Below are positions 7,355 to 15,798 of a DNA stretch of 64,000 nucleotides, piece after piece. Made by a program: the position numbers and the translations under genes. This stretch comes from a virus (lineage: Duplodnaviria; Caudoviricetes), in IMG/VR virus record IMGVR_UViG_3300047160_024814, positions 15,978 to 79,977 of that record; one strand, given 5' to 3'. Each line of letters begins with the position of its first letter. Within the stretch, counting starts at the first letter, position 1. The notes below the pieces were generated by a model. It did no database searches. It worked only from the letters and a program-made list of their open reading frames with translations, and was not told the DNA's origin.

Positions 7355-7560
7355 AATTATTCACCGCGCATCCGGCGACCAAGAATGAGACCTATTGGCA
7401 GCATCGGCGCTTTGCCGCACAGTTCGGCAATACGTTGATCCTGCATGGTCTGGCGGCGATCGTGCATGGCTGGCTGCCATTTGTGTTCGAATTTACCGCG
7501 TCGAACAAAGTGCGTTCGCTTTACGGTGTGCTGCGCGAACGCTACCATTGGCAGGACTGA
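7348..7560 (+). CDS. DUF6356-like small protein
   Basis: LFTAHP..NETYWQH..FA..G..L....LAAIVHGWLPFVFEFTAS matches the family pattern. Confidence 0.7.
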   Translation: MLKLFTAHPATKNETYWQHRRFAAQFGNTLILHGLAAIVHGWLPFVFEFTASNKVRSLYGVLRERYHWQD

Positions 7561-7580
7561 GAACAAAAACCACTTGACAG

Positions 7581-7599
7581 TTGACACCCGATGTGTCAG
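7581..7599. promoter_or_regulatory. Palindromic operator candidate over a -35 TTGACA
   Basis: TTGACACCCGATGTGTCAG; 15 of 19 positions identical to the palindrome at 29587-29605. Confidence 0.5.
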
Positions 7600-7637
7600 A
7601 TTTGCTTTCGTCAAGCGGGTAAGGTAAACAGGGAGTA

Positions 7638-7713
7638 AGGTCCGGGTCTGGGGTAGGGGCTGGTTTCATCTGTCAAATGAAACGCCATCCCCGCCAGTTT
7701 CCGGCCCGGACCT
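7638..7713 (+). ncRNA. Y-RNA-like hairpin 1
   Basis: AGGTCCGGG/CCCGGACCT stem enclosing a 58-nt core (TCTGG...TTTCCGG) homologous to units 2 and 3. Confidence 0.6.
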
Positions 7714-7750
7714 ATCAACCGCAAAAATCGCTTGACTTGACGATCGGCCC

Positions 7751-7852
7751 CACTTAGAGGGGCAGTGCCTGTCTGGTGTCGGGATTGGTTTCATCTTTGG
7801 TGATGTACAACGCCACTCCCACTGTTTCCGGCAGGCACTGCCTCTCCAAGTG
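7751..7852 (+). ncRNA. Y-RNA-like hairpin 2
   Basis: GGCAGTGCCTG/CAGGCACTGCC stem enclosing a 60-nt core identical to unit 3. Confidence 0.65.
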
Positions 7853-7860
7853 GAGAACGG

Positions 7861-7964
7861 CCCCGGGATGCGGGGTGACGAGTCTGGTGTCGGGATTGGT
7901 TTCATCTTTGGTGATGTACAACGCCACTCCCACTGTTTCCGGCTCGTCACCCCGCATCCCGGGG
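7861..7964 (+). ncRNA. Y-RNA-like hairpin 3
   Basis: Perfect 22-bp stem (7861-7882/7943-7964) enclosing the same 60-nt core. Confidence 0.65.
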
Positions 7965-7993
7965 GTTCCTATCACTCTGGCATGAGAGGCAAA

Positions 7994-9409
7994 ATGGTCC
8001 GCGTCAATGTCCGCCCGTCTCGTCTTTCCAACCGCCCGGTGCATGAGCCGGCAGCCACCACGGCATTCGATCCGAAGACCGAATTGGAGCGGATGGCCAG
8101 CTGCTGCCTGCTGGGTGAGGACCAGTTCTATGTGAACGGGCAGGATATCAAGGCGCGGATTTTCGAACTCGCTTCCACCGTGGAAGCCGAATTTGTCGCC
8201 AATCTGGCGGCGTTTGCCCGGCGTGATCTCGGCCTGCGCCATGCGCCGCTATGGTTGCTGGTGGCGCTCGCCAACCGGCAGGATGGCAGCCAGTCGGCCC
8301 GCATCCAGCGTGCCGCCGTGACGGTCCTGCGCACGCCCAGGGATGCGCTCGATCTCGCCGCGCTCTATTGGGCCGATGGCCGCAAGCCGCTGCCCTGGAG
8401 CTTCAAGCAGGCGTTCCGGCATGGCTTTGGCCGCTGGTCCGACTTCCAGCTGCAGCGTTATGCGACGCTGGGCCGGGATGGAAAGACCACGGTACGGCTG
8501 CGTGATCTGATGCGTCTGGTGCATCCATATGTCGAGGGCAGCCAGGACGCGCAGACGCCAGAAGAGACGGCGCGGGCAGCGTTGTTCCATGAGATCGCCA
8601 AGGACACGGTCACCGCGCCGGAGACCTGGGAGTCGTTGCTGCCACGCGCATTAGCCGCAAGTGGCCGCAAGGTGATTTGGACTGGGCTGATTGCCAACCA
8701 GAAAATCGGCGCATTGGCGATGATCCGCAATCTCCGGAACATGGTCGCGGATGATGTCGAGCCCGATGTCATCCGGCAGGGATTGAGCCAGATCAAGGCC
8801 AGCGATGTCTGGCCCTGGCAGGTCCTCGCCGCAGCCAATCATGCGCCATCTTGGCTGCATGACGAGCTTGGTGCACTGATGTTGCGATCGGCCGGACAGG
8901 TACCGCCGATCAAGGGCAAGGTCGGCGTGCTGACCGATGTATCCGGTTCAATGGATAATGCTATTTCCATCAAGAGCCAGATGAAGCGGCTAGATGCCGC
9001 CTGTGGCGTGGCGGTCGTGCTGCAGGAATGCTGCGAGAACATCCGGCAATTCTCGTTCTCCAGTCAGCTTGTGGAGATCCCGCAAGGGCCGCGCGGCGTT
9101 GGGCTTGCCAAAAGCATCATCGAAAGCCAGCCGCATCAGGCTACGTATCTGGGTCCGGCGATCGAGCGGATGCTGCAAGTCTATCCAGAGATGAACCGGC
9201 TGATCGTCTTGACGGACGAACAGTCACAGTATCGGGTAGGCAAGACGCCACCGGCCTTCATCATCAACTTCGCGTCCTATCAGCGCGGGGTCGATACCGA
9301 TGGCGAAGTCACGCGGATCAATGGCTGGTCGGGCAATGTCGTGCGCTTCCTGGCCAATCAGTTGAGTGGTTCGCTGATCGAGGCCGCTGAAGAAAGCGAC
9401 GAGGACTGA
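7994..9409 (+). CDS. Ro60/Rsr TROVE-vWA RNA-binding protein
   Basis: CCLLGEDQFY, ARRDLGLRHAP, TWESLL, LAMIRNLRNM, vWA MIDAS DVSGSM and IVLTDEQ. Start is probably ATG 7994 (GAGG SD) or 7982. Confidence 0.88.
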   Translation: MVRVNVRPSRLSNRPVHEPAATTAFDPKTELERMASCCLLGEDQFYVNGQDIKARIFELASTVEAEFVANLAAFARRDLGLRHAPLWLLVALANRQDGSQSARIQRAAVTVLRTPRDALDLAALYWADGRKPLPWSFKQAFRHGFGRWSDFQLQRYATLGRDGKTTVRLRDLMRLVHPYVEGSQDAQTPEETARAALFHEIAKDTVTAPETWESLLPRALAASGRKVIWTGLIANQKIGALAMIRNLRNMVADDVEPDVIRQGLSQIKASDVWPWQVLAAANHAPSWLHDELGALMLRSAGQVPPIKGKVGVLTDVSGSMDNAISIKSQMKRLDAACGVAVVLQECCENIRQFSFSSQLVEIPQGPRGVGLAKSIIESQPHQATYLGPAIERMLQVYPEMNRLIVLTDEQSQYRVGKTPPAFIINFASYQRGVDTDGEVTRINGWSGNVVRFLANQLSGSLIEAAEESDED

Positions 9410-9703
9410 ATGGCTTTCTACTCCAACGACACCCTCTCTCGCATCGAAGAGGTCGTCGTGATCGGTTACCTCGATGTCGATCTTGTCCGTCGCTGGAACG
9501 CCAACCAGCGCGGACAGGATAATCTGCGGGCGACCACGGGCTGGTATTGGCAGTCACGCACGGATCGACATCAACAGCAGCAAGGCTTCAAGACCTATTC
9601 GGCGGCGGCGCGCGATGCCTATTACAAGCTTGTGCAGCATGCCGACGTGCTGCAGCTTGGCCGGCGCGTGCGGTTGAAAGTCGTGGCGGGTAAGGCCGCA
9701 TGA
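9410..9703 (+). CDS. Hypothetical protein
   Basis: 97-aa ORF abutting the TROVE stop. Confidence 0.6.
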   Translation: MAFYSNDTLSRIEEVVVIGYLDVDLVRRWNANQRGQDNLRATTGWYWQSRTDRHQQQQGFKTYSAAARDAYYKLVQHADVLQLGRRVRLKVVAGKAA

Positions 9704-10116
9704 GCAAAAAGCTTTCGCCGGTCTTGATCGAGCGCAACGGCCGGGTGGCATCGGTCGTCAAGGCGTCTTTGGCGGCGAAAGGCTGGTCGCATGGCGAGCT
9801 GGCCCGCCAGTTGGGCGGCTCTGTATCGTCATCGACCGTGAACCATTGGGTCCATGCCCATAATGGTATTGCTGATAAGTACCGGGCGCAGGTGGCAAAG
9901 CTGCTGGATGTACAAGAGTCTGCTTTGATCGCCCAAGAGAGAACCCCGAAAGGCCGTCCACCCAAAGTCACCGTGAAGTCTCGTGACCAGTTGCCGGCGC
10001 TTTACCAACCGGCGAAACAGTCGTCGAACCGGCCGGCGTCTGGTCAGGTGGCGGTGATGATCATGCCGCTGGAGCAGGCGGAGGCCTTCATGTTGAAATT
10101 GTTGAAGGGAACTTAG
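9700..10116 (+). CDS. XRE/Cro-type HTH transcriptional regulator
   Basis: LAAKGWSHGELARQLGGSVSSSTVNHWVH...YRAQVAKLLDV. Confidence 0.75.
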   Translation: MSKKLSPVLIERNGRVASVVKASLAAKGWSHGELARQLGGSVSSSTVNHWVHAHNGIADKYRAQVAKLLDVQESALIAQERTPKGRPPKVTVKSRDQLPALYQPAKQSSNRPASGQVAVMIMPLEQAEAFMLKLLKGT

Positions 10117-10718
10117 TGCGCCCCTTCGCCACCAAACACCACCGGGATCGTCTTCAGGAGCAGCCGGATATCCAGCCAGAATGTCCAGTTGCGGACATAC
10201 CACTGATCCAACTGAACACGGGTTTCATAAGCCGTATGACTGCGGCCCTGGGTCTGCCATACACCCGTGATGCCTGGGCGCACGGCGCAGTAATCCGCGA
10301 ACCGGTCGCCATATAGAGGTACCTCGCTGGCCACGATCGGTCGCGGCCCGACCAGGCTCATCTCCAACCGTAGGATGTTGATGAGTTGCGGCAGCTCGTC
10401 GAGGCTTGTCCGGCGCAGGAACCGGCCGATCGGGGTCACTCGCGGGTCATCGATCAGTTTGTAGGTAGCTGCCCATTCGATGGCTTTGGCAGGATTGCTG
10501 ATCAGCATCTCGTGCAGCTTCCGGTCAGCGTCAACCACCATCGTCCTGAATTTGAGGCAGTAGAAGGAGCGTCCACTTTTGCCGATGCGCTTGTGGGCGA
10601 AGAACGTCGTGCCGCCGTCATGCCGGATGATAAGGGCGACGAGGAGACAGGGAAGCAGCAAAACCACCAGCAACAGCGCAGCCACGACCAGATCAAACAC
10701 CAGTTTGACGTGGCGCAT
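10113..10718 (-). CDS. Polyprenyl-phosphate sugar phosphotransferase (Bac_transf; ExoY/WbaP/WcaJ C-terminal type)
   Basis: [52 protein letters not shown]. Confidence 0.92.
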   Translation of the reverse strand: MRHVKLVFDLVVAALLLVVLLLPCLLVALIIRHDGGTTFFAHKRIGKSGRSFYCLKFRTMVVDADRKLHEMLISNPAKAIEWAATYKLIDDPRVTPIGRFLRRTSLDELPQLINILRLEMSLVGPRPIVASEVPLYGDRFADYCAVRPGITGVWQTQGRSHTAYETRVQLDQWYVRNWTFWLDIRLLLKTIPVVFGGEGAH

Positions 10719-10745
10719 GCAGCTCCCCCTTCGCCCTAATAAGTC

Positions 10746-11006
10746 TTAGACGTAGAGTTGCGTGTACAGCGAATTTGGAATGACGTCGATGGTGCGGTTG
10801 TCGGGCGCCATATAGATCCAGTCGGTCGGGAAGCAGGCCTCCATGCCCTGGATGGTGCGGACGTGCAGCACGACACCATCCGGGGTCTGCAGATCGAGCC
10901 GTTTGGTCCAGGCCGTGCTGGCCTGGATGCTGGCGATTGTCGTGGCGGGTGGCAGCCATTGAACGGCGTCGATCGTCACCGAGCCTTTTTGCGAATGTGA
11001 AGCCAT
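10746..11006 (-). CDS. Conserved small phage protein (PGDYG-like)
   Basis: VTIDAVQW...TIQG...PTDWI...LYTQLYV pattern. Confidence 0.5.
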   Translation of the reverse strand: MASHSQKGSVTIDAVQWLPPATTIASIQASTAWTKRLDLQTPDGVVLHVRTIQGMEACFPTDWIYMAPDNRTIDVIPNSLYTQLYV

Positions 11007-11050
11007 TGGGAGTATCCTTGAAGGAAATCAACGAACCGAAAGGTTATCAC

Positions 11051-11434
11051 ATGAAGTCTCGCATCACCAATGTTTTGACCGGCGAGATCCTGCCGCCCTC
11101 CCGTGGTTTGCTGCCACCGCCCAAAACGCAAACCGGCCTGGTACCACCACCGCCGGATGTGCCATCAATCGGCAACGATTGGGATGATGGCCGTGGCGGC
11201 AAACCATCGAAGGCTGGCGTGCGGATCAGACTGTCCGGGGCGCAACCCTTGTTGTCATCGGAATTCGTGCAAGAGTTCTTTCAGCGCGCGGCACCGGAGG
11301 TCGGCTATCTTAAATTTGTCGAGGCGCCGGGTCTTTTGCAGATCATCACCCGCAAACCGGTGCCGGAAGATCTGAAAGAAAAACTCCGATCGATCGTCTG
11401 GCAGGGACTGCCCTTGCAATTCGTATCGAATTAG
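11051..11434 (+). CDS. Hypothetical protein with a Pro-rich N-terminus
   Basis: AAAGG SD, ATG 11051. Confidence 0.55.
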   Translation: MKSRITNVLTGEILPPSRGLLPPPKTQTGLVPPPPDVPSIGNDWDDGRGGKPSKAGVRIRLSGAQPLLSSEFVQEFFQRAAPEVGYLKFVEAPGLLQIITRKPVPEDLKEKLRSIVWQGLPLQFVSN

Positions 11435-11479
11435 CAACATCCTGATTGAAAAACAGCAAATTTTTCCGGGCAGGTTTTC

Positions 11480-12163
11480 ATGGCTGATACATTGATTTTT
11501 GGCTGTTCCTGGATTCCTGACAGGCAGCGTTTGTGGCTCACCCGGCAATGGTGCGAGTTGGTGACACGGCTTAATCCGGACGCCGATATCGTCGCCGTCC
11601 ATACGCCTTCGGAGATCGATTTCCCGGCCCATTCCCGGGTCAAGATGTTTGCCTTCACCAACAATGTCGGTCATCTTGACCAGCCGGATCAGCAGGGCCA
11701 GGACGGTTGGGGGCGGGCTTTCACCACCGGGCTTTCGATCGCCGCGGCGGACCGCTACCAACAGGTCGTGCATATCGAGTGCGACGTGTTGCTGCGCCAG
11801 CCGGTGGCCAGGGTATTCCGCACATTCGGCACCCGTGCCGCGGCACCACTCGCCCGGCCGCATCAGATCCCTGAATCGGCCCTGATGTTCTTCCGCAATA
11901 CCACGCCTGAATGGCTGCAAAGCCTGATCCGAGCCTATGACTGGCCGTCGCTGCAGCCGTCCCGCCGGCAGCCGACCCCGGAGCTGCCCGAGCAGCGGCT
12001 TCAGCGCATCCTGGGGACCGAGCTGACCATCCTGGGGCTCAGTGGTGCGCGCTGCGAAGGCGCCTCCCAGATGACCCTGGAGCAGGCCGCACGGGTGGAT
12101 TGGCTGACCCATGCCAGCCGGGCGCAGTACGAAGCATTCCTGGGGTCCATGAAATTATGCTAG
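11480..12163 (+). CDS. Putative GT-A glycosyltransferase-like protein
   Basis: NNVGHL...GWGRAFTTGL..A....YQQVVHIECDVLL (ExD motif after a beta strand). Confidence 0.5.
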   Translation: MADTLIFGCSWIPDRQRLWLTRQWCELVTRLNPDADIVAVHTPSEIDFPAHSRVKMFAFTNNVGHLDQPDQQGQDGWGRAFTTGLSIAAADRYQQVVHIECDVLLRQPVARVFRTFGTRAAAPLARPHQIPESALMFFRNTTPEWLQSLIRAYDWPSLQPSRRQPTPELPEQRLQRILGTELTILGLSGARCEGASQMTLEQAARVDWLTHASRAQYEAFLGSMKLC

Positions 12164-12338
12164 ACCTGGACTGTTCCCAGCTCAGAGGAGCATCAATCCA
12201 TGTCCGACACACCCCAGCCGGAAACCCCTGATGAGGAGCCCCCGGCCGAAGACACACCACCGTCGCCGGAGATCGAGCAGAAGGCGAAAGCCCGTGGTGT
12301 CTACCAGCAATCCGTTCCGGTAGACTGAGGCCTTCCGC

Positions 12339-13244
12339 CTAGACGTGTACCGGCAGTCCGACCGGCGGGCTGGCGGGATCGAGAATACTGAGGATGTCGA
12401 CGCGGCCGGCTGCCTGTTGGACGACAAATCCGTTCGTTGTGGCGTCATGCAGCTGCAGCTGGCCGGCAACATGATTGCCGGTATAGAGCCGCAGCAAGTC
12501 ATTCTTGAACGTATAGCTGTCGATATGGGCCAGCCCAGGCAGATCGATTTCGCCATTTTCCAGCGTCGCCTGGGCGGCGAACTGACCGAGGTGATCGATC
12601 TGCACCTCCCCACCATTGTTGACGTGGACGTTCTGATTGGCGCCGACCGAGCGGGCGAATTCGGTCGGTGTCCGCACGATGAAGCTGCCGTACCCAGTCA
12701 CGTTGGCATCGATCAGGTTATGCCCGCTGTTCGCGAGTATGCTGGCACCATTGTTGATGAACTGGGAACCGGATGCGCCATGCATCTGCAGCCCGGCGCC
12801 GAACTGGATGTTCACGGTACCGATCAGGTGCGCTCGCTGCTCAAGATTGACGATCAGACCCCCTTCGTCTTCGGCGAGTGTCGCGGTATCCGTGCCAAAC
12901 ACATTGACCGTGGCGAAGGCATGGGCGGCGTTCAGGTCGAGGTTGGAATTCTGGCTCAGGTTGAACGTATGGTTGCCAGATGAGAAATATGCCCCGGCAT
13001 GGACATTGGCCTGATGTGACAGGTTGGCGGTGAAATCGACCGAACCGGGACTAAATCCTGTCGAGAAATCCAGGAAGTCACCGGCCAGGTCGCCGCCGCG
13101 GATGTCCAGGGTGAAAGGGCCGCTTCGAACGTCTAAAGTTCCGATATGCAGTTGATCGCCGGTTGCCGGTACGGTGTCGGTTGACCAGTCGGCCGGATTG
13201 TTGGCGCGGTTGGTGCCGCCGCCAAGCCAAGTCAGTATTGCCAT
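12339..13244 (-). CDS. Beta-helical adhesin/autotransporter-passenger-like protein
   Basis: LTWLGG..N...ADWS...VP..GD start; G/N/T/V-rich beta-repeat composition. Confidence 0.5.
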   Translation of the reverse strand: MAILTWLGGGTNRANNPADWSTDTVPATGDQLHIGTLDVRSGPFTLDIRGGDLAGDFLDFSTGFSPGSVDFTANLSHQANVHAGAYFSSGNHTFNLSQNSNLDLNAAHAFATVNVFGTDTATLAEDEGGLIVNLEQRAHLIGTVNIQFGAGLQMHGASGSQFINNGASILANSGHNLIDANVTGYGSFIVRTPTEFARSVGANQNVHVNNGGEVQIDHLGQFAAQATLENGEIDLPGLAHIDSYTFKNDLLRLYTGNHVAGQLQLHDATTNGFVVQQAAGRVDILSILDPASPPVGLPVHV

Positions 13245-13332
13245 TTGGAGTTCTTTCAGTGGTTGCTGTCGTCTCTATTATGTAATAGACTTCCGCTGTC
13301 AAGTGTGAGGGAATTCACACTGGTATTTTTCG

Positions 13333-13854
13333 TCAGGCGCCAGGGCTTTTCAGCCAGATCTTGAAATTATCTCGGGCCTTGGGCCGGCAGACGACATCGA
13401 CCGCGATCGTATAGGCGTTCGGCCAGCGGGATTCGTCTGGTTTACCAGGTCGCCATAAATCGATGTAGTACTGGTAGGCGCCGTCCATATCACCGATCAC
13501 CGGCAGGGGTGCCGGGCTTGAATACAGTAAAAGTCGGGCAAAGGCAGTGGCGAGCGGATCATGATAGCGCAGGGACTGATGGGCTTCGACCTCTGGTACA
13601 TCGCAGGCTGCCAAGACATAGCGGGCGAGTTGCGGTGACGTTTCCAATACGCCTTGCACGCCGATCTGTTCGAACTGATAATAGGAGACCGCAGGCGGCG
13701 GGCCTTCAGCGACGATCTGGGCGCGTTCGTTCCATAGGGTTTCCTGCCCGGCGCACGCCATCAGCATGACTCGGGCCTCATCGGAGGCCATGTGCCGCGG
13801 CAGTAAATCAAGTCCGGGCTCGATGCAGCGGGGCAGGAACAGATAAGGGCTCAT
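13333..13854 (-). CDS. Putative lysozyme-fold endolysin
   Basis: AGQET..ER.Q...GP...YQFE...LATAFARLLLY..P.PLP...AYQYY..LWRPGKP...W pattern seen in phage lysins. Start is 13854 or TTG 13896. Confidence 0.6.
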   Translation of the reverse strand: MSPYLFLPRCIEPGLDLLPRHMASDEARVMLMACAGQETLWNERAQIVAEGPPPAVSYYQFEQIGVQGVLETSPQLARYVLAACDVPEVEAHQSLRYHDPLATAFARLLLYSSPAPLPVIGDMDGAYQYYIDLWRPGKPDESRWPNAYTIAVDVVCRPKARDNFKIWLKSPGA

Positions 13855-14446
13855 GATGATGGTTTCCTTTGGGGTTTCCTCTGGGACGGCGCTCAAAAAT
13901 TTCCGTCAAGTCCTGGCAGGAATCAATGTCCGGCCGTTGTTGACCCAGTTGGAACAGAATCCCAATCTATGGTCCACCGAAACCGAATGGACACGCAAGG
14001 ATGTGCCGGAGCCGTTGCGGCCGTATTTCGTGCTTTATGAGACCGAGAACATCGTACTAAGATACAACGAGCCACGGCTGCCGGAAGACCGGTCATGGAA
14101 CCGGCCGGCGCTGCAAGCCCTTTCTGCCGCCAAGCGGATCATCCTGGATCTCATGTCGGCGATCCCCGGTGAGCATCTGGGCAAGATCGTCATCACCCGG
14201 ATGAAATCCGGCGAGACGATCAAGCCGCATACCGACATGCTGCCGCCGGGCTGGCCCGTCTACTGGCAGCGGTTTCAGATCCCGTTGCAAGTCGAATCGG
14301 GCGTGCGGTTCGTTTGCGACGAGGAAGAATTGTATATGCGGCCGGGTACCGCGTGGTGGTTCAACAACCAGATCCAGCACGCCGTCTACAACGACAGCAA
14401 GACCGATCGGATCTCGATGCTGGCCGATATCAAGCCTTGGGCTTGA
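13853..14446 (+). CDS. Aspartyl/asparaginyl beta-hydroxylase-family 2OG-Fe(II) oxygenase
   Basis: IKPHTD (HxD), RFQIPL, WWFNNQIQHAVYN...DRISML. Start uncertain. Confidence 0.85.
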   Translation: MMMVSFGVSSGTALKNFRQVLAGINVRPLLTQLEQNPNLWSTETEWTRKDVPEPLRPYFVLYETENIVLRYNEPRLPEDRSWNRPALQALSAAKRIILDLMSAIPGEHLGKIVITRMKSGETIKPHTDMLPPGWPVYWQRFQIPLQVESGVRFVCDEEELYMRPGTAWWFNNQIQHAVYNDSKTDRISMLADIKPWA

Positions 14447-15011
14447 TCACGAATGCCTTGCCTTCGCGTGTTAGGTGAATGGCGTCACCGAAGTTTTCAT
14501 CCACTGCCCGCTTGGCTCCTGGTGTCACGTTATAGTCGTCGAACAGCATGACACCATGTGGTACCAAGAGAGGGCAGAACCGTTCTATGGCGGCGCGGGT
14601 GCTGCGGTACTGGTCGCAGTCGATATGAGCGAAGGCGATCGGTCCGAGATCGGCTGGCATGGTGTCAGGGAATATCCCGACATGAAAGATTGCTGTCGGG
14701 ATCAGCCGGCGCACGCCTTCCTCATCGACACCATCAGCCATGGCGCCGACCGGGATCGGGTCGATCCCTGGTGTGCTTTCCGGAATGCCGCGGAACGTGT
14801 CGAACAGATGACAGTCGCGGCCTTGCTTGGCGGCAAGCCAGGCGAGGCGACAGGCTGAGCCGCCGCGATGCACACCCAGCTCGACGAAACAGCCAGCCGG
14901 GGTTGCGACCGCCAATTTGAGCATTGTCTCTTTGCGGGGCGTGCCGAAGATCCGATAACGGGGGTCATCGGGATGGAAAACCGTTCGGTTGGTGTTCCAG
15001 TCATCCATCAT
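14430..15011 (-). CDS. TylF/MycF/NovP-family O-methyltransferase
   Basis: VELGVHRGGS, LFDTFRGIP, GIFPDT, FAHIDCDQY, FDDY. Confidence 0.85.
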   Translation of the reverse strand: MMDDWNTNRTVFHPDDPRYRIFGTPRKETMLKLAVATPAGCFVELGVHRGGSACRLAWLAAKQGRDCHLFDTFRGIPESTPGIDPIPVGAMADGVDEEGVRRLIPTAIFHVGIFPDTMPADLGPIAFAHIDCDQYRSTRAAIERFCPLLVPHGVMLFDDYNVTPGAKRAVDENFGDAIHLTREGKAFVIKPKA

Positions 15012-15024
15012 GCCGTTCGATCAC

Positions 15025-15083
15025 CTCCCGGAGATTGCGGCGTGAAATCCTCAATCTGGGTGTGAGGGATTTCACACCGGGAG
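15025..15083. terminator. Long intergenic hairpin (terminator or processing site)
   Basis: CTCCCGG...GTGAAATCCTCA-loop-TGAGGGATTTCAC...CCGGGAG inverted repeat. Confidence 0.45.
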
Positions 15084-15086
15084 TTT

Positions 15087-15182
15087 TCAGTCTGGAGGAG
15101 GGATGATGCCGGTGGCACGGAGAATGAGGATTAGTGCTACTCCTGCCGCCAGACCGATCAACAAATTGCTTACCGACATCAT
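15087..15182 (-). CDS. Small membrane peptide (31 aa)
   Basis: MMSVSNLLIGLAAGVALILILRATGIIPPPD, translated by hand; ATGA coupling. Confidence 0.45.
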   Translation of the reverse strand: MMSVSNLLIGLAAGVALILILRATGIIPPPD

Positions 15183-15355
15183 AGGGGTATGCCTAAAAGC
15201 GGCGGATCAAGGCGTAGACATCCGCGCATCTCACACTGCTCAGGCTTGGGGCACGGTCCCTGCTTGGCGGGACAGTCAGCGTATTCGGCCTCAAGCTGAG
15301 TATCCCAAATATTGCCGTCTTCGCTCATCCATCCGCCATTCACTGCTACGGCCAT
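15179..15355 (-). CDS. Small Cys-containing hypothetical protein (58 aa)
   Basis: MAVAVNGGWMSEDGNIW...CPAKQGPCPKPEQCEMRGC, translated by hand; GGAG SD. Confidence 0.5.
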   Translation of the reverse strand: MAVAVNGGWMSEDGNIWDTQLEAEYADCPAKQGPCPKPEQCEMRGCLRLDPPLLGIPL

Positions 15356-15376
15356 GTCGCTCTCCGGGGGTTGGGA

Positions 15377-15739
15377 TTATGCCGCTTCGCAGTGGTAATT
15401 TCTGCCATGGTTGCGCCCGCCGCAGGAGCACCAACAATCGCCCCCCGGCTTAGCGCCAACACAGCGCCAGTCACATTGGTGAGGGTCCGCTTTTGTTAAG
15501 AAGCGGACCCTCCGCTCTACCGGCAACCAGTCAGAGCGATTATCGAAGATATGACCCGCCGAATAATCGCAAAGGCGCGGAGCGCCAATGACAGTCCCAA
15601 ACTGCATGTTCTTGGCAGATAGAATTGCGCGAGGGTAACCAACAGGTTTGCCGTCATCGTCAGTCTCATACCAACGGATGTTCTCCAACTCGGAGTCTCC
15701 GTTGAAGTATTTCCATGCTGCGATGCGACGCCTAGCCAT
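15377..15739 (-). CDS. Phage hypothetical protein with a C-terminal Cys/His zinc motif
   Basis: HQCDWRCVGAKPGGDCWCSCGGRNHG. Confidence 0.65.
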   Translation of the reverse strand: MARRRIAAWKYFNGDSELENIRWYETDDDGKPVGYPRAILSAKNMQFGTVIGAPRLCDYSAGHIFDNRSDWLPVERRVRFLTKADPHQCDWRCVGAKPGGDCWCSCGGRNHGRNYHCEAA

Positions 15740-15798
15740 TTGGGTCGGTCCTCAATCGGGGTTCAGTGCTCTCGCACGAGGTTCCGCTCCGGGGTTTG

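Noticed and set aside
7638-7964. tRNA genes or simple rho-independent terminators
   Set aside because: There is no cloverleaf or T-loop consensus, no U-tract follows the stems, and the loops are 58-60 nt and conserved.
7666-7993. N-terminal extension of TROVE from GTG 7850 and the reverse ORFs 7666-7950 and 7754-8242
   Set aside because: These frames read through the hairpin repeats; an SD-supported ATG lies at 7982/7994.
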